Below, one piece after another: positions 16,958-26,172 of a stretch of DNA of 64,000 nucleotides. Under the pieces are notes generated by a model, which was given only the letters and a program-made list of their open reading frames with translations, did not search any database and was not told the DNA's origin. How positions within the stretch are numbered: the stretch's first letter is position 1; each line of letters opens with the position of its first letter. The position numbers and the translations under genes were made by a program. This stretch comes from an uncultured Candidatus Saccharibacteria bacterium (GTDB taxonomy: Bacteria; Patescibacteriota; Minisyncoccia; Phycocordibacterales; JACOZG01): contig CAZYLF010000001.1 in NCBI GenBank assembly GCA_964648765.1, forward strand, positions 229,797 through 293,796. Reading direction: 5' to 3'.

Positions 16958-17476
16958 CTAAACACCTTTAACCCCACTCTGCTTTTCACTATTGTTCAAG
17001 GTGGCGTTTATTTTCTCCAAGAGTTCACTCGTATTGAAACGTCCGTGATTTTCCAATCTCAATAACGGCAACCCTGCATCTTTGAGCACTCGTTCAACTT
17101 CAACATCTCGGCCCTTGCGGTCCTGCCTCTCGTGCGTGCGGTCATCAAGTTCTATTGCGAGTTTCGGTGAGAGGTATGACTTATCGCACAAAACAAAATC
17201 CACTGATTTCTGGCTTATATGCCGAAAAGCTCCTCGCCAATTTTGCCCCACAACTTTATTGTCTACGATGGATGGAAGATGGACCTGTGGAAAGATGAGA
17301 TATTTTTCTCCCACTGCGACGACAAGAGCATCGTAGCACTCGTGTTCAGCACGAGACATAAAAAAGTTTTTCTGCTTGTATTTATATTTCCGTGGCTCAT
17401 CCACTTTGCCTCGTAAAATCTCTACGAGAACGCCGATGACCACAATGACTGCAACAATAATGAGTATCTTTATCAC
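16958..17476 (-). CDS. DUF2726-like (NERD/restriction-endonuclease-like fold) protein with N-terminal TM
   Basis: The segment FVLCDK...LAIELDDRTHERQDRKGRDVEVERVLKDAGLPLLR resembles the DUF2726 core. Confidence 0.55.
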   Translation of the reverse strand: MIKILIIVAVIVVIGVLVEILRGKVDEPRKYKYKQKNFFMSRAEHECYDALVVAVGEKYLIFPQVHLPSIVDNKVVGQNWRGAFRHISQKSVDFVLCDKSYLSPKLAIELDDRTHERQDRKGRDVEVERVLKDAGLPLLRLENHGRFNTSELLEKINATLNNSEKQSGVKGV

Positions 17477-17523
17477 AAAGACATTTTAACTTATTTTGAT
17501 GATTTACCCCACCCTCGCTCTCA

Positions 17524-18165
17524 CTATAAACTTTGGTATGCCTCTACTTGCTGGTTGTATTCGTATTGGACCATCTGATAATTGGTTCCCCATTTTTGTT
17601 TTGCTTTCGCCATAATATCTGGGTATTTTGTCTGTGCCATTATCCATTCATACGCTTCTACCTGTTGATTGTATTCATACTGGACCATTTGGTAGTTGTT
17701 GCCCCACTTCTGCTTTGCCTTAGCCATTATGTCGGGATACTTTGTTTGAGCCACTACCCAGTCGTATGCTTCAACCTGCTGGTCATACTCGTATTTAACC
17801 ATCTGATAGTTATCGCCCCATTTTGCCGAAGCATTTGATTTCAAAACCACAAGAACGCTGGCTCTGTCTGATTGTGTCGCTGGTGCTGGAGTTGGTGTGG
17901 GAGCTGGGGTCGTCGGCACTGTTGCAGGTTTGGGAGTTGTCTTTGGGGTTTGCTTAACTGGAGCAACTGCTTCTGTGGTTTTAACAGCTTCTGCCGTTTT
18001 TTGATTTTCTACTGGAGCTGGCGTTGTTGTTTCAGATGCCACTTGTGAACTGGTGCTATCGCCACCCAACGAACCAAGAAAGCCGAGGAAAATAATAATG
18101 GCGAGAGTAATGAACCACCATCGCTTGTAAAAAGGTTTCTTTGCTTTGTTGATTTGTGTGTCCAT
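17524..18165 (-). CDS. Membrane-anchored repeat protein (Pro/Thr-rich linker + 3 tandem 33-aa repeats AKAKQKWGxNYQMVQYEYNQQVEAYEWIMAQTKYPDIM)
   Basis: An N-terminal TM is followed by a PT-rich low-complexity linker and three near-identical repeats. Confidence 0.55.
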   Translation of the reverse strand: MDTQINKAKKPFYKRWWFITLAIIIFLGFLGSLGGDSTSSQVASETTTPAPVENQKTAEAVKTTEAVAPVKQTPKTTPKPATVPTTPAPTPTPAPATQSDRASVLVVLKSNASAKWGDNYQMVKYEYDQQVEAYDWVVAQTKYPDIMAKAKQKWGNNYQMVQYEYNQQVEAYEWIMAQTKYPDIMAKAKQKWGTNYQMVQYEYNQQVEAYQSL

Positions 18166-18189
18166 ATTTTTATAAAGTTATTTTAATAA

Positions 18190-19245
18190 TTATTGGCACT
18201 GCGGACTTTTAGTTCTTGATGGATACGCGGCTAAAAGAGCATCCAACGTGTCGTAGGATTTCAAATAGCTGGCACTCAAACTTTTCCATCCATCGCACGC
18301 TTCTGGGTAGTAGTATTTTGAGCTGTAATATGAGGACGTATAAAACTTTCCAGTTGATTGCGTAGTAGCTGGAGGGGCTGTCTGGGTGCTTGTGTTTGAG
18401 CTTGTCGTGTCTCCATTACAAGTAGTCGGGGACCAAAGACCCAACTGGGCTGTCTGTGCGGATTTTTGTGCCGTCTTAAACTCCGCTTGGTATTTGTAAG
18501 GAGTGTTGTAGGTGTACTCGTGAGCATACCCCTGCTCAATCATAGATTTGTTGTAGAAAAGCCCGTCATCCCGATAGACATAGGCAAGGAGGCGGTCATA
18601 CTTATCTCTCTCGCCTTGAGTTGGGTCTATTTCTATCCGCACCTTTTTTCCAGAGAGCAATTCTTTTCCTTTGTTTGATGCCTCTTTACCGAAACACTGA
18701 ACGGGCTTTCTTGGGTCCACTGTCTCTGGTGTATCCAATCCGATGAGGCGTAGCGTTTCCACTTTCCCATTCATACTGATTTTAATCGTGTCTCCGTCTA
18801 CAACTTCTGTAACAGAGTAGTAGGTATATTGAGACGAAGATGGCTGTGCGGTTGCAGGTTTGGTCGTAACTACTGGTGTCTCCGTCTTTGCTTGCGTTAC
18901 GGCAGGAGCTGGAGCATTAGGAGTTGTTGTAGCAGTATCTATTGGGTTTGGTGCAACATTATTTTGGCTCTGCGTCTGTGTTGAGATGACATTATCTGCC
19001 ACCTGCGTAGGCGTAGTGTTTCCAGAAATCAATAAAATGGCAGAGAAAAAAGTGATGAGACAGAGAGCTCCTGTCGCTGTGTATTTCCAGCTTTTCTTAT
19101 CTATGAGCTTGTAAGCAACGAACGCTCCTACTGCATACACTATCGTATTGGGTAAAGCGATGATTGCGATTATAAAAATGATGAGGGCGATACCCATCTG
19201 GTATCCAGTGGAGAGTGCTTTATATTTTGAGATTATATTTTTCAT
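18190..19245 (-). CDS. Membrane-anchored secreted thermonuclease (SNase/micrococcal nuclease family)
   Basis: The C-terminal domain LRLIGLDTPETVDP...CFGKEAS...GKKVRIEIDPTQGERDKYDRLLAYVY matches the SNase fold with catalytic D/E/R residues. A Thr-rich linker and TM helix precede it. The start is taken at the internal ATG 19245 before the TM helix. The ORF extends to 19395. Confidence 0.7.
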   Translation of the reverse strand: MKNIISKYKALSTGYQMGIALIIFIIAIIALPNTIVYAVGAFVAYKLIDKKSWKYTATGALCLITFFSAILLISGNTTPTQVADNVISTQTQSQNNVAPNPIDTATTTPNAPAPAVTQAKTETPVVTTKPATAQPSSSQYTYYSVTEVVDGDTIKISMNGKVETLRLIGLDTPETVDPRKPVQCFGKEASNKGKELLSGKKVRIEIDPTQGERDKYDRLLAYVYRDDGLFYNKSMIEQGYAHEYTYNTPYKYQAEFKTAQKSAQTAQLGLWSPTTCNGDTTSSNTSTQTAPPATTQSTGKFYTSSYYSSKYYYPEACDGWKSLSASYLKSYDTLDALLAAYPSRTKSPQCQ

Positions 19246-19525
19246 AGTAATAGTAATAAAAAATCGCCCTAATAGTTTGGGCAATTTGTTTTTTTCCAAC
19301 AAAAAGCCCATCACAAGGAAGGTCCTTTCGGATACCTCTGCACGAGTTTCCCCGTGCAACGACGTGAACGCCCTTATGATGGGTTCTCTGTTCACGTCGT
19401 TTTATGACCATATCTCAAGAAAATCTCTTGAGGGTTAGGTCCCACTGCATATTCAGTTGTGCCTACATTTAACCACACTTCTTATCAATTTCAAAGAAAA
19501 ATGATAGGATGCTGTTACTATTACT

Positions 19526-20260
19526 ATGACAATTACGATTGAAGAAAAGTTCATAAAGGATGCACGCTTGATATTGGACGAGCTCCAAGCGGAGCTTATA
19601 GCTTCCAAAGACGGCATCATACGTTACCTTTTTATAAAGGAAGACAAAGCACCCAACGAGCGAGAGCAGAGACGTATCATTCGTTGGCTTATAAACGCAG
19701 GGGCACTTCAATCTATTGGAGAAATACACGAAGACCTACCATCTATTTTTGTTACGCTTAATCCATTCGTTAAAACTGCTACTATCGGATTTCGGTTAGG
19801 TATAGATAAAACACTTTTTGCCGAGGTGAGAAAAATCTGCGAAAGTGATTTGAGTAAAAAATCAGCCAAAGAACTTTTGGACCAAGTAGAAACACTGGGC
19901 AGAGCGAAACGCCTTGAAACTCAAAAACTAACGGAGCCAGAGAAAGTCGTCATCAAACCATTTCTTGATGAACCAAGTAAGACAGTCATTCTTGCTGGAA
20001 AAAAATCTACAATCCCCGTTGGCAATCAGTGGGTTTTATGCAAAGAGCTTTTTAATAAACCAGCAAGCGATTGGGTGAAAGAAAATGATGTGGTCCACCT
20101 TTTTAACAAAGACGGCAAGCAGAGTTTCTACGATGCACAGCGTCTACTCAATGCTCGCATAGAAAAAGATTTGGGCATAAAGGATTTCATTGAATATGAG
20201 ACAGCTATGGCGAGGATAAACCCAAAAACGATTGAAAAACTGAACCATTCAGAAAAATAG
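19526..20260 (+). CDS. Hypothetical protein
   Basis: A 244-aa ORF. It is the first plus-strand gene of the element after a divergent intergenic region. Confidence 0.5.
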   Translation: MTITIEEKFIKDARLILDELQAELIASKDGIIRYLFIKEDKAPNEREQRRIIRWLINAGALQSIGEIHEDLPSIFVTLNPFVKTATIGFRLGIDKTLFAEVRKICESDLSKKSAKELLDQVETLGRAKRLETQKLTEPEKVVIKPFLDEPSKTVILAGKKSTIPVGNQWVLCKELFNKPASDWVKENDVVHLFNKDGKQSFYDAQRLLNARIEKDLGIKDFIEYETAMARINPKTIEKLNHSEK

Positions 20261-20309
20261 AGATTTCTGACTCACGAATGAGTCAAACGAACACAGGTAC
20301 GCTCAAGGC

Positions 20310-20663
20310 GTGCCTTTTTCGTTCCCAAAAATTGCACACATTATTAGCCAATATCCAATTACAATGACCAACAAAAAAACCAAAAGGTCATCAACAACCG
20401 ATGGACAAAAAGAAGCTCCGCCAAATGACCCCACGGCGGTGTTCACTACTTATGACCTCGGTGTATCCACCGCACTTTTGTGTGCGGATTTTGAGCTTGT
20501 CTCGGTAGACAAAGAGAACCCACGAAAAGCATTATTCATCTTCAAGAAAGCAGACGGCATTGAAGATGTTGCGAACCGATACTTTTCGGACAGGTTAGAA
20601 GTCAAAGCAAGGTCGTTCTTTGACCATCTCAAAGCTCTCAAGAATAAGCTTTATTCCGAGTAG
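20310..20663 (+). CDS. Hypothetical protein
   Basis: A GTG start at 20310. An alternative ATG lies at 20364. Confidence 0.4.
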   Translation: MPFSFPKIAHIISQYPITMTNKKTKRSSTTDGQKEAPPNDPTAVFTTYDLGVSTALLCADFELVSVDKENPRKALFIFKKADGIEDVANRYFSDRLEVKARSFFDHLKALKNKLYSE

Positions 20664-20665
20664 CT

Positions 20666-20851
20666 ATGCAGTTAGCGGATGAACATATCAAAGAGTTTCA
20701 GGTGCTCTACAAAAAGCACTACGGCGTTGAAATAAGCACTGCCGAAGCTCTGGAAAAAGGCATACGTCTCATCCGCTTGATGGAGATTGTTTTGAAGCAC
20801 GAAGCAAAGAAACAAGCGACACAGACGGTCCCAACTCCGATTACCAATTAA
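20666..20851 (+). CDS. Small hypothetical protein (61 aa, helical)
   Basis: The ORF is tightly packed between its neighbours. Confidence 0.35.
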   Translation: MQLADEHIKEFQVLYKKHYGVEISTAEALEKGIRLIRLMEIVLKHEAKKQATQTVPTPITN

Positions 20852-20861
20852 AAAAATAATT

Positions 20862-23051
20862 ATGAACCTATCAAACATTACAATCAAAGAATATCTTACC
20901 GAGAAAGGCATACCCTTTCGTGAGAGTGGCAAAGAGCTCATCGCCAAGTGCCTTTTCAATGATTGCGACAGAGACAGCAAAGGTGATGAAGCTCACCTTT
21001 ATTTCAGCACGGAAACAGGACAATATGATTGCAAAAAATGCGGCGAAAAAGGAAACCTGCTTACGCTCGCAAAACATCTTGGCGATACAGGACCGAAACC
21101 ACGCAAGGCAAATGCTTTCAATGCCGAGCTCGTAGAGAAATGTCATCTTGCACTGCCACCCCATATCAGAGAGTACCTGCACAAGCGTGGGCTTACGGAT
21201 GCCGTTATAGACGATTATAAGCTCGGTTACGGGCAGTTCTACCGCAAGCCGTGGATTACTATCCCTATCAAAGACATCTACGGCAACTATTCATTTTTCA
21301 AATTGAGACAGGACCCAGCGTTCGGCAACGACAAAATCACTTTCCCGAAAGGAGCGGAAGCCCAGCTTTATGATTGGGAAACTCTCGTAAAAAGTGATGT
21401 GAACAAGCCAATGATTATCAGTGAGGGTGAGATGGACCGATTGCTTCTCATTTCAAAAGGAGTGCCAGCGATAACCTCCACTCACGGAGCGATGACATTC
21501 AAAGATGAGTGGGTTGAAAAAGTCGGCAAAGACAGAAAAATCTACATCTGCTTTGATAACGACGACGCTGGCAAAAAAGGGTCCGAACGAGTAGCAAAGA
21601 TGGTGGAAAATGGTGGATGCGAGACACACATCATCACACTTCCCGAAGAAGTCGGAGAGCACGGAGACATCACAGATTATTTCGTGAAGCTCAATGGGTC
21701 CGTAGATGATTTGTTCAGCAAATACGCAAAGCCATACCCAGAAAAAATTGATACCACACAATTTTCTGCGATGAGTTCGGAGCAACTCTTGGACACCCTC
21801 GGACTTACCATCAAATACGATGCCGAAAATAAGCTGGCTACTTTCCTTTGCGAGCTGTCGGCTTATACAGAAAGCTCACAGTTTAATATCAGTTATAATG
21901 CACCATCTTCAACAGGTAAAAGCTATATACCGACAGAGATAGCTCGCCTATTCCCAGAGGATGACGTGATGGAGATTGCTTACTGCTCACCCACAGCTTT
22001 TTTCCACGATGTCGGGCAGTATGACAAGGAAAAGAACAGCTACTTGGTAGACCTCTCACACAAGATACTCATCTTCTTGGACCAACCGCACAACGAACTG
22101 CTTGCCCGATTGCGTCCACTCCTGTCGCACGACAAGAAAGAGATTGCTATCAAAATCACCGACAAGACCCAAAAGAATGGGACCAAAACAAAGAACATCC
22201 TTTTGCGTGGCTATCCATCCGTTATTTTCTGCACGGCTGGGCTCCGCATAGACGAGCAAGAAGCGACACGTTTTCTGCTTCTCTCTCCAGAGGTCAATCA
22301 AGACAAAATACAGCAAGGTATCAGTGCCACTATTCTCAAAGAAGCAGACACTGATAGTTTCAAAAGCTGGCTTGAAGAAAACCCAGACCGAGCATTACTC
22401 AAAGAGCGTATCCGTGCTATCAAACTGGAGAACGTTAAAGAGATAAACATCGCATCGCACGAAACTATCAAAGAGAGGTTTCTGAAAAATAACAAGACAC
22501 TCAAGCCACGCCACCAACGAGACATCAAACGTCTTTTGTCTCTCATCAAATCCTTTGCCATCCTCAATGTCTGGTGGCGAGAAAGAGATGGGTCCACGAT
22601 TACTGCGAATGAAGATGACATCAATGATGCTTTCAAGCTCTGGGACAAAATATCTGTGAGTCAGGAGTTGAACTTGCCCCCTTACATCTACAATCTCTAC
22701 AAAGAGGTCATATTGCCAGCGTGGGAGGCAAAAAACGACAGCAGGAGCGAGGCGTTTGAGGAACTCACAGGCAAGCTCGGGCTCTCACGCCAAGAGGTCC
22801 TCGGGAAGCATTTTGCGGTATACGGCAGGATGCTTGATAGCCATCAACTCCGTCAACAGATACTCCCTATGCTTGAAACAGCAGGGCTTATTGTGCAGGA
22901 ACAAGACCCGAGCGATAAACGCAAGATGATGATTTTCCCCTCTACCCTGTATCAACTTTCTGAACCAAAAGGAAATAGTGAGACGGACAGTGGGGTAAAA
23001 AACACCGAACAGAAAGACGATGAGATTATTAGCGATAACATAGATTTTTAA
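20862..23051 (+). CDS. DNA primase: zinc-binding domain + TOPRIM + C-terminal P-loop domain
   Basis: An N-terminal Cys cluster CLFNDC...CKKCGEKGN forms a primase-type zinc finger. TOPRIM motifs IISEGEMD and ICFDNDDAGKKG are present. Downstream lie a Walker-A-like APSSTGKS and a Walker-B-like ILIFLDQ. Confidence 0.7.
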   Translation: MNLSNITIKEYLTEKGIPFRESGKELIAKCLFNDCDRDSKGDEAHLYFSTETGQYDCKKCGEKGNLLTLAKHLGDTGPKPRKANAFNAELVEKCHLALPPHIREYLHKRGLTDAVIDDYKLGYGQFYRKPWITIPIKDIYGNYSFFKLRQDPAFGNDKITFPKGAEAQLYDWETLVKSDVNKPMIISEGEMDRLLLISKGVPAITSTHGAMTFKDEWVEKVGKDRKIYICFDNDDAGKKGSERVAKMVENGGCETHIITLPEEVGEHGDITDYFVKLNGSVDDLFSKYAKPYPEKIDTTQFSAMSSEQLLDTLGLTIKYDAENKLATFLCELSAYTESSQFNISYNAPSSTGKSYIPTEIARLFPEDDVMEIAYCSPTAFFHDVGQYDKEKNSYLVDLSHKILIFLDQPHNELLARLRPLLSHDKKEIAIKITDKTQKNGTKTKNILLRGYPSVIFCTAGLRIDEQEATRFLLLSPEVNQDKIQQGISATILKEADTDSFKSWLEENPDRALLKERIRAIKLENVKEINIASHETIKERFLKNNKTLKPRHQRDIKRLLSLIKSFAILNVWWRERDGSTITANEDDINDAFKLWDKISVSQELNLPPYIYNLYKEVILPAWEAKNDSRSEAFEELTGKLGLSRQEVLGKHFAVYGRMLDSHQLRQQILPMLETAGLIVQEQDPSDKRKMMIFPSTLYQLSEPKGNSETDSGVKNTEQKDDEIISDNIDF

Positions 23052-23055
23052 CACT

Positions 23056-23634
23056 ATGGAAGAAACATCACAAAAACAAATTGATGCCAACCGAGAGAAC
23101 GGCAAGAAAGGCGGAGTGAAGACCGACGAGGGCAAAGCTGTGAGCAAATATAACGCTATCAAACACGGTATTTTGAAAGAGGTCGTCTCTGATTACGAGC
23201 AGAGTTTCTACGAGGACATTATCGAACGTCTCAATGACCAATTCAGCCCCGTAGGAGTGCTTGAGAAGATGCTCGTGGACCGAGTGGGTGTGTATTACCT
23301 CAAGCTCTACCGAGTAGCAAAGGCAGAGAATGAGTATATGCAGTCGGTCCTCAATCCGAGAAAGGTTACAGTCAGAGACACCCTTGATATTGGGATGAAC
23401 TACACTGAAACCATAATAGAAAATGAGGGCTACATTCCAAAGGTCGGTTTGGGTCCAGTAGAAAAACTCTCCGACACTTATCTCCGCTACGAAATAGCGA
23501 TTGAGAACAGATTGTACAAAGCACTTCACGAACTCCAACGATTACAGTCAGCAAGAAATGGTGAAAAGGTCCCACCCCCATTAGCATTAGATATTGATGT
23601 GTCAGGAGAAAAGGAAAATGGGTTCGTTTCGTAA
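23056..23634 (+). CDS. Hypothetical protein
   Basis: A 192-aa ORF placed 4 nt after the primase stop. Confidence 0.45.
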   Translation: MEETSQKQIDANRENGKKGGVKTDEGKAVSKYNAIKHGILKEVVSDYEQSFYEDIIERLNDQFSPVGVLEKMLVDRVGVYYLKLYRVAKAENEYMQSVLNPRKVTVRDTLDIGMNYTETIIENEGYIPKVGLGPVEKLSDTYLRYEIAIENRLYKALHELQRLQSARNGEKVPPPLALDIDVSGEKENGFVS

Positions 23635-23773
23635 AAGTGAAAAACGCCATCCGTATTTGGTGTATTCACTCAAAAAGACGAAAAAAGCTCTCAACACAAA
23701 CGTAAAATGTCGGTTTTATTAGGGAAAATAGGGTAACAATCTCAAATGATTTCGGCAATTTATTTCCAAAACT

Positions 23774-24370
23774 ATGAGTAAAAGCGAAGCAGACAACGTG
23801 AAAAAAATCTCTACGGCTTTCCTAAAAAAGCACGGCTACTTCAAAGGGTGGAGGTCAGGTACGATTACTTGGACCAACAACGGCTTATGGGGTGAAAATA
23901 AAAGCAGTGTGGGGGTAGAGGTTTCTACATCAGATGGAGTGAGTCATCTCCGTATTACCTACACCCAGACAGACAGGGATACGGACGAAAAGAAAGAGTT
24001 TGATTACAAAGTACCACTCACCACTACCCCGTGCCGTTATGGAGGCGAGAGATACTGGTTTCTCTGTCCTCTGGTTAAAAATAATGTGCATTGTGGCAAA
24101 CGAGTAGGCACACTCTACAAAGACGGAGATTACTTTGGCTGTCGCCACTGCTATGACCTCGGCTATAGTTCTCAAAAAACCAATCACCGATACAAAATGC
24201 TACCCCTGTTCAACGTGTTCACGATTGAGAAGAAAATTGAGGAACTTCAAGGGCAGATAAAGCGTCCCCACTACGCTGGCAAGCCAACAAGAAAAGAAAG
24301 ACAGCTTGAAAAGCTATATGAACAGGTAAACACCAACTATGCTCAACTTTTACAAAAAAAATTGTTATAA
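23774..24370 (+). CDS. Hypothetical protein with Cys4 cluster (C..C...C..C)
   Basis: 198 aa. CPLVKNNVHCGKRVG...CRHC suggests a zinc ribbon. Confidence 0.45.
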   Translation: MSKSEADNVKKISTAFLKKHGYFKGWRSGTITWTNNGLWGENKSSVGVEVSTSDGVSHLRITYTQTDRDTDEKKEFDYKVPLTTTPCRYGGERYWFLCPLVKNNVHCGKRVGTLYKDGDYFGCRHCYDLGYSSQKTNHRYKMLPLFNVFTIEKKIEELQGQIKRPHYAGKPTRKERQLEKLYEQVNTNYAQLLQKKLL

Positions 24371-24519
24371 TGCTTATGTTGTCCCAGTTAGTAATTGTTT
24401 TGCCAGAGGTTTTTTATTGCAAAATGGAACCCGAGAGGGGCGTTCTGCCAACTATTTTGCAGTCCTCTGGATTACACTTATAGCTGGGACAACCAGAGCG
24501 TCCCTTTCGGGTTTTTAAT

Positions 24520-26172
24520 ATGAAAAAAGATAACGAAAAAATAAAATACTTTGTCTATGTGCGAAAATCTACCGAGGGCGTAGAGCGACAAGCACTCTCC
24601 ATTCCTGCACAGAAAGACCAGCTCGTAAAAGTGTTTGGACACTTGGATATTGAGTTCGTGGAAGACCGAGCAAGTGCTTTCAAGCCATTCAACCGCCCAG
24701 CTTTTGCAGATATGCTTGAGCGTATAAGAAAAGGAGAAAGGACTGGGCTTATTGCTTGGCATCCAGACCGCCTTTCACGAAATGAAAAAGACGCTGGCGA
24801 AATAACTTATATGATACGCACTGGCGTGATTGCAGAACTCAAGCTCGCTACCTACCAGTTTGAAAACACTCCCGAGGGTATTTGGATGCTCCAGATGGCA
24901 CTCTCTCAATCTCAATACGAAAGTGCAAAGAAAGGGCGAGACGTGAAGCGTGGGCTTGAACAGAGTGCAAAAATGGGCTTTTACCCTGCACCAGCACCTC
25001 TAGGTTACTTGGATGACAAATACAGCGAACGAGGTAAGAAAAAGAAATTGCCAGACCCAGACAGATTTGACCTTGTTCGTAAGATGTTTGATTTGATGCT
25101 CACTGGAGAACATACCCCACCTCAAATCAGAAGAATAGTGAACGAGGAGTGGGGGTTCAGAGGACCATACGGAAAAAAGATGAGTAACAGTGCCATCTAT
25201 AACCTTTTTACTCGCACATATTACTACGGCGAGTTTGAGTATCCTGTCGCAAGTGGAAAGTTTTACATTGGAAGTCATAAGCCGATGATTACCAGAGACG
25301 AGTACGAGAGGATACAGATATTGCTCGGTAGGAAAAATGCAACGAGATTGAAACAGCACGATATTATTTACCGAGGTCCAATGAGGTGTGGCGAATGTGG
25401 GGCGATGATTACTGCCGAAGAAAAGACAAAATATCAGAAGAACGGAAACACACATCACTACACCTACTACCACTGCACAAAGAGAAAGGACCCTAACTGT
25501 TCTCAAAAATCTATTGAGGAAAAGGAGCTTGAAAAACAAATTGCTAAAGAGCTTGGAAAGATAGAGATACCTGCGGACTTCAAAAACTGGGCTCTGGCAC
25601 GCTTGAAAACACAAAACTCACAAGAGGTTGATGACAGAGAAAAGATATATGGGTCCCAGAGGCGTGGATATGAGGCAGTAGTGCGAAAAATAGACAACCT
25701 CATTGATATGCGTGCAGACCAAGAAATAACCGAGGATGAGTTCAAACACAGAAAAGAAGTGTTGCTTGCAGAAAAATCCAAGTTCAAAGAGCTCCTCAAG
25801 GATACAGACACAAGAATTGATAAGTGGCTTGAGATAGCAGAGCGTGGCTTCAATTATTCAGAAAAAGCATCGGCTGTTTTTGCAGACATTGAAGACCCAA
25901 ACACTCTTGAAGCCAAGAAAGAGATATTTGCCACATTAGGTTCGGACCTCATCCTAAAAGACAGAATGTTGAGCTTTGAGTGGGATAAACTGCTATTTCC
26001 AATAAAAGAGATGGCAAAAGAGGTTCGTGGTATTCACGAAAGGTTAGAACCTCCGAAAAAGCCAATGACTACAAAGGAAATGGAAGAAATCTACTCACAA
26101 AATCCTAGATTGCTGCCGGCCAGGGACTCGAACCCCAATACCATCCTCCAGAGGGATGTGTCCTACCATTAG
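24520..26172 (+). CDS. Large serine recombinase (integrase)
   Basis: The N-terminal resolvase domain has a catalytic Ser in YVRKSTEG. A recombinase domain follows, then a zinc ribbon (CGECGAM...HHYTYYHCTKRKDPNC) and a coiled coil. The last ~20 codons are antisense to tRNA-Gln. Confidence 0.85.
   Translation: MKKDNEKIKYFVYVRKSTEGVERQALSIPAQKDQLVKVFGHLDIEFVEDRASAFKPFNRPAFADMLERIRKGERTGLIAWHPDRLSRNEKDAGEITYMIRTGVIAELKLATYQFENTPEGIWMLQMALSQSQYESAKKGRDVKRGLEQSAKMGFYPAPAPLGYLDDKYSERGKKKKLPDPDRFDLVRKMFDLMLTGEHTPPQIRRIVNEEWGFRGPYGKKMSNSAIYNLFTRTYYYGEFEYPVASGKFYIGSHKPMITRDEYERIQILLGRKNATRLKQHDIIYRGPMRCGECGAMITAEEKTKYQKNGNTHHYTYYHCTKRKDPNCSQKSIEEKELEKQIAKELGKIEIPADFKNWALARLKTQNSQEVDDREKIYGSQRRGYEAVVRKIDNLIDMRADQEITEDEFKHRKEVLLAEKSKFKELLKDTDTRIDKWLEIAERGFNYSEKASAVFADIEDPNTLEAKKEIFATLGSDLILKDRMLSFEWDKLLFPIKEMAKEVRGIHERLEPPKKPMTTKEMEEIYSQNPRLLPARDSNPNTILQRDVSYH

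Noticed and set aside
16640-16980. GC-rich region as tmRNA (minus strand begins GGGG and contains a tag-like frame ending TAG TAA)
   Set aside because: There is no UUCGAC 5' box, no GGUUCGA.UCC T-arm and no CCA-proximal acceptor pairing, and the tag frame is not Ala-initiated and Ala-rich. The RNase P P4 sequences are also absent. The RNA class is left open.
17524-17900. Tandem DNA repeats (~99 bp x3) as a CRISPR-like or satellite array
   Set aside because: They are in-frame coding repeats of a membrane-anchored protein with no spacer structure. No CRISPR array is present in the window.
19308-19383. 76-nt stem-closed element as a tRNA gene
   Set aside because: Neither strand gives a cloverleaf with a D-arm, a 7-nt anticodon loop and a T-loop. 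It is kept only as a structured intergenic element.
25000-25853. Minus-strand ORFs of 204 and 116 aa inside the recombinase gene
   Set aside because: They are antisense to a large serine recombinase with catalytic and zinc-ribbon motifs, and their low-complexity translations suggest no real protein.
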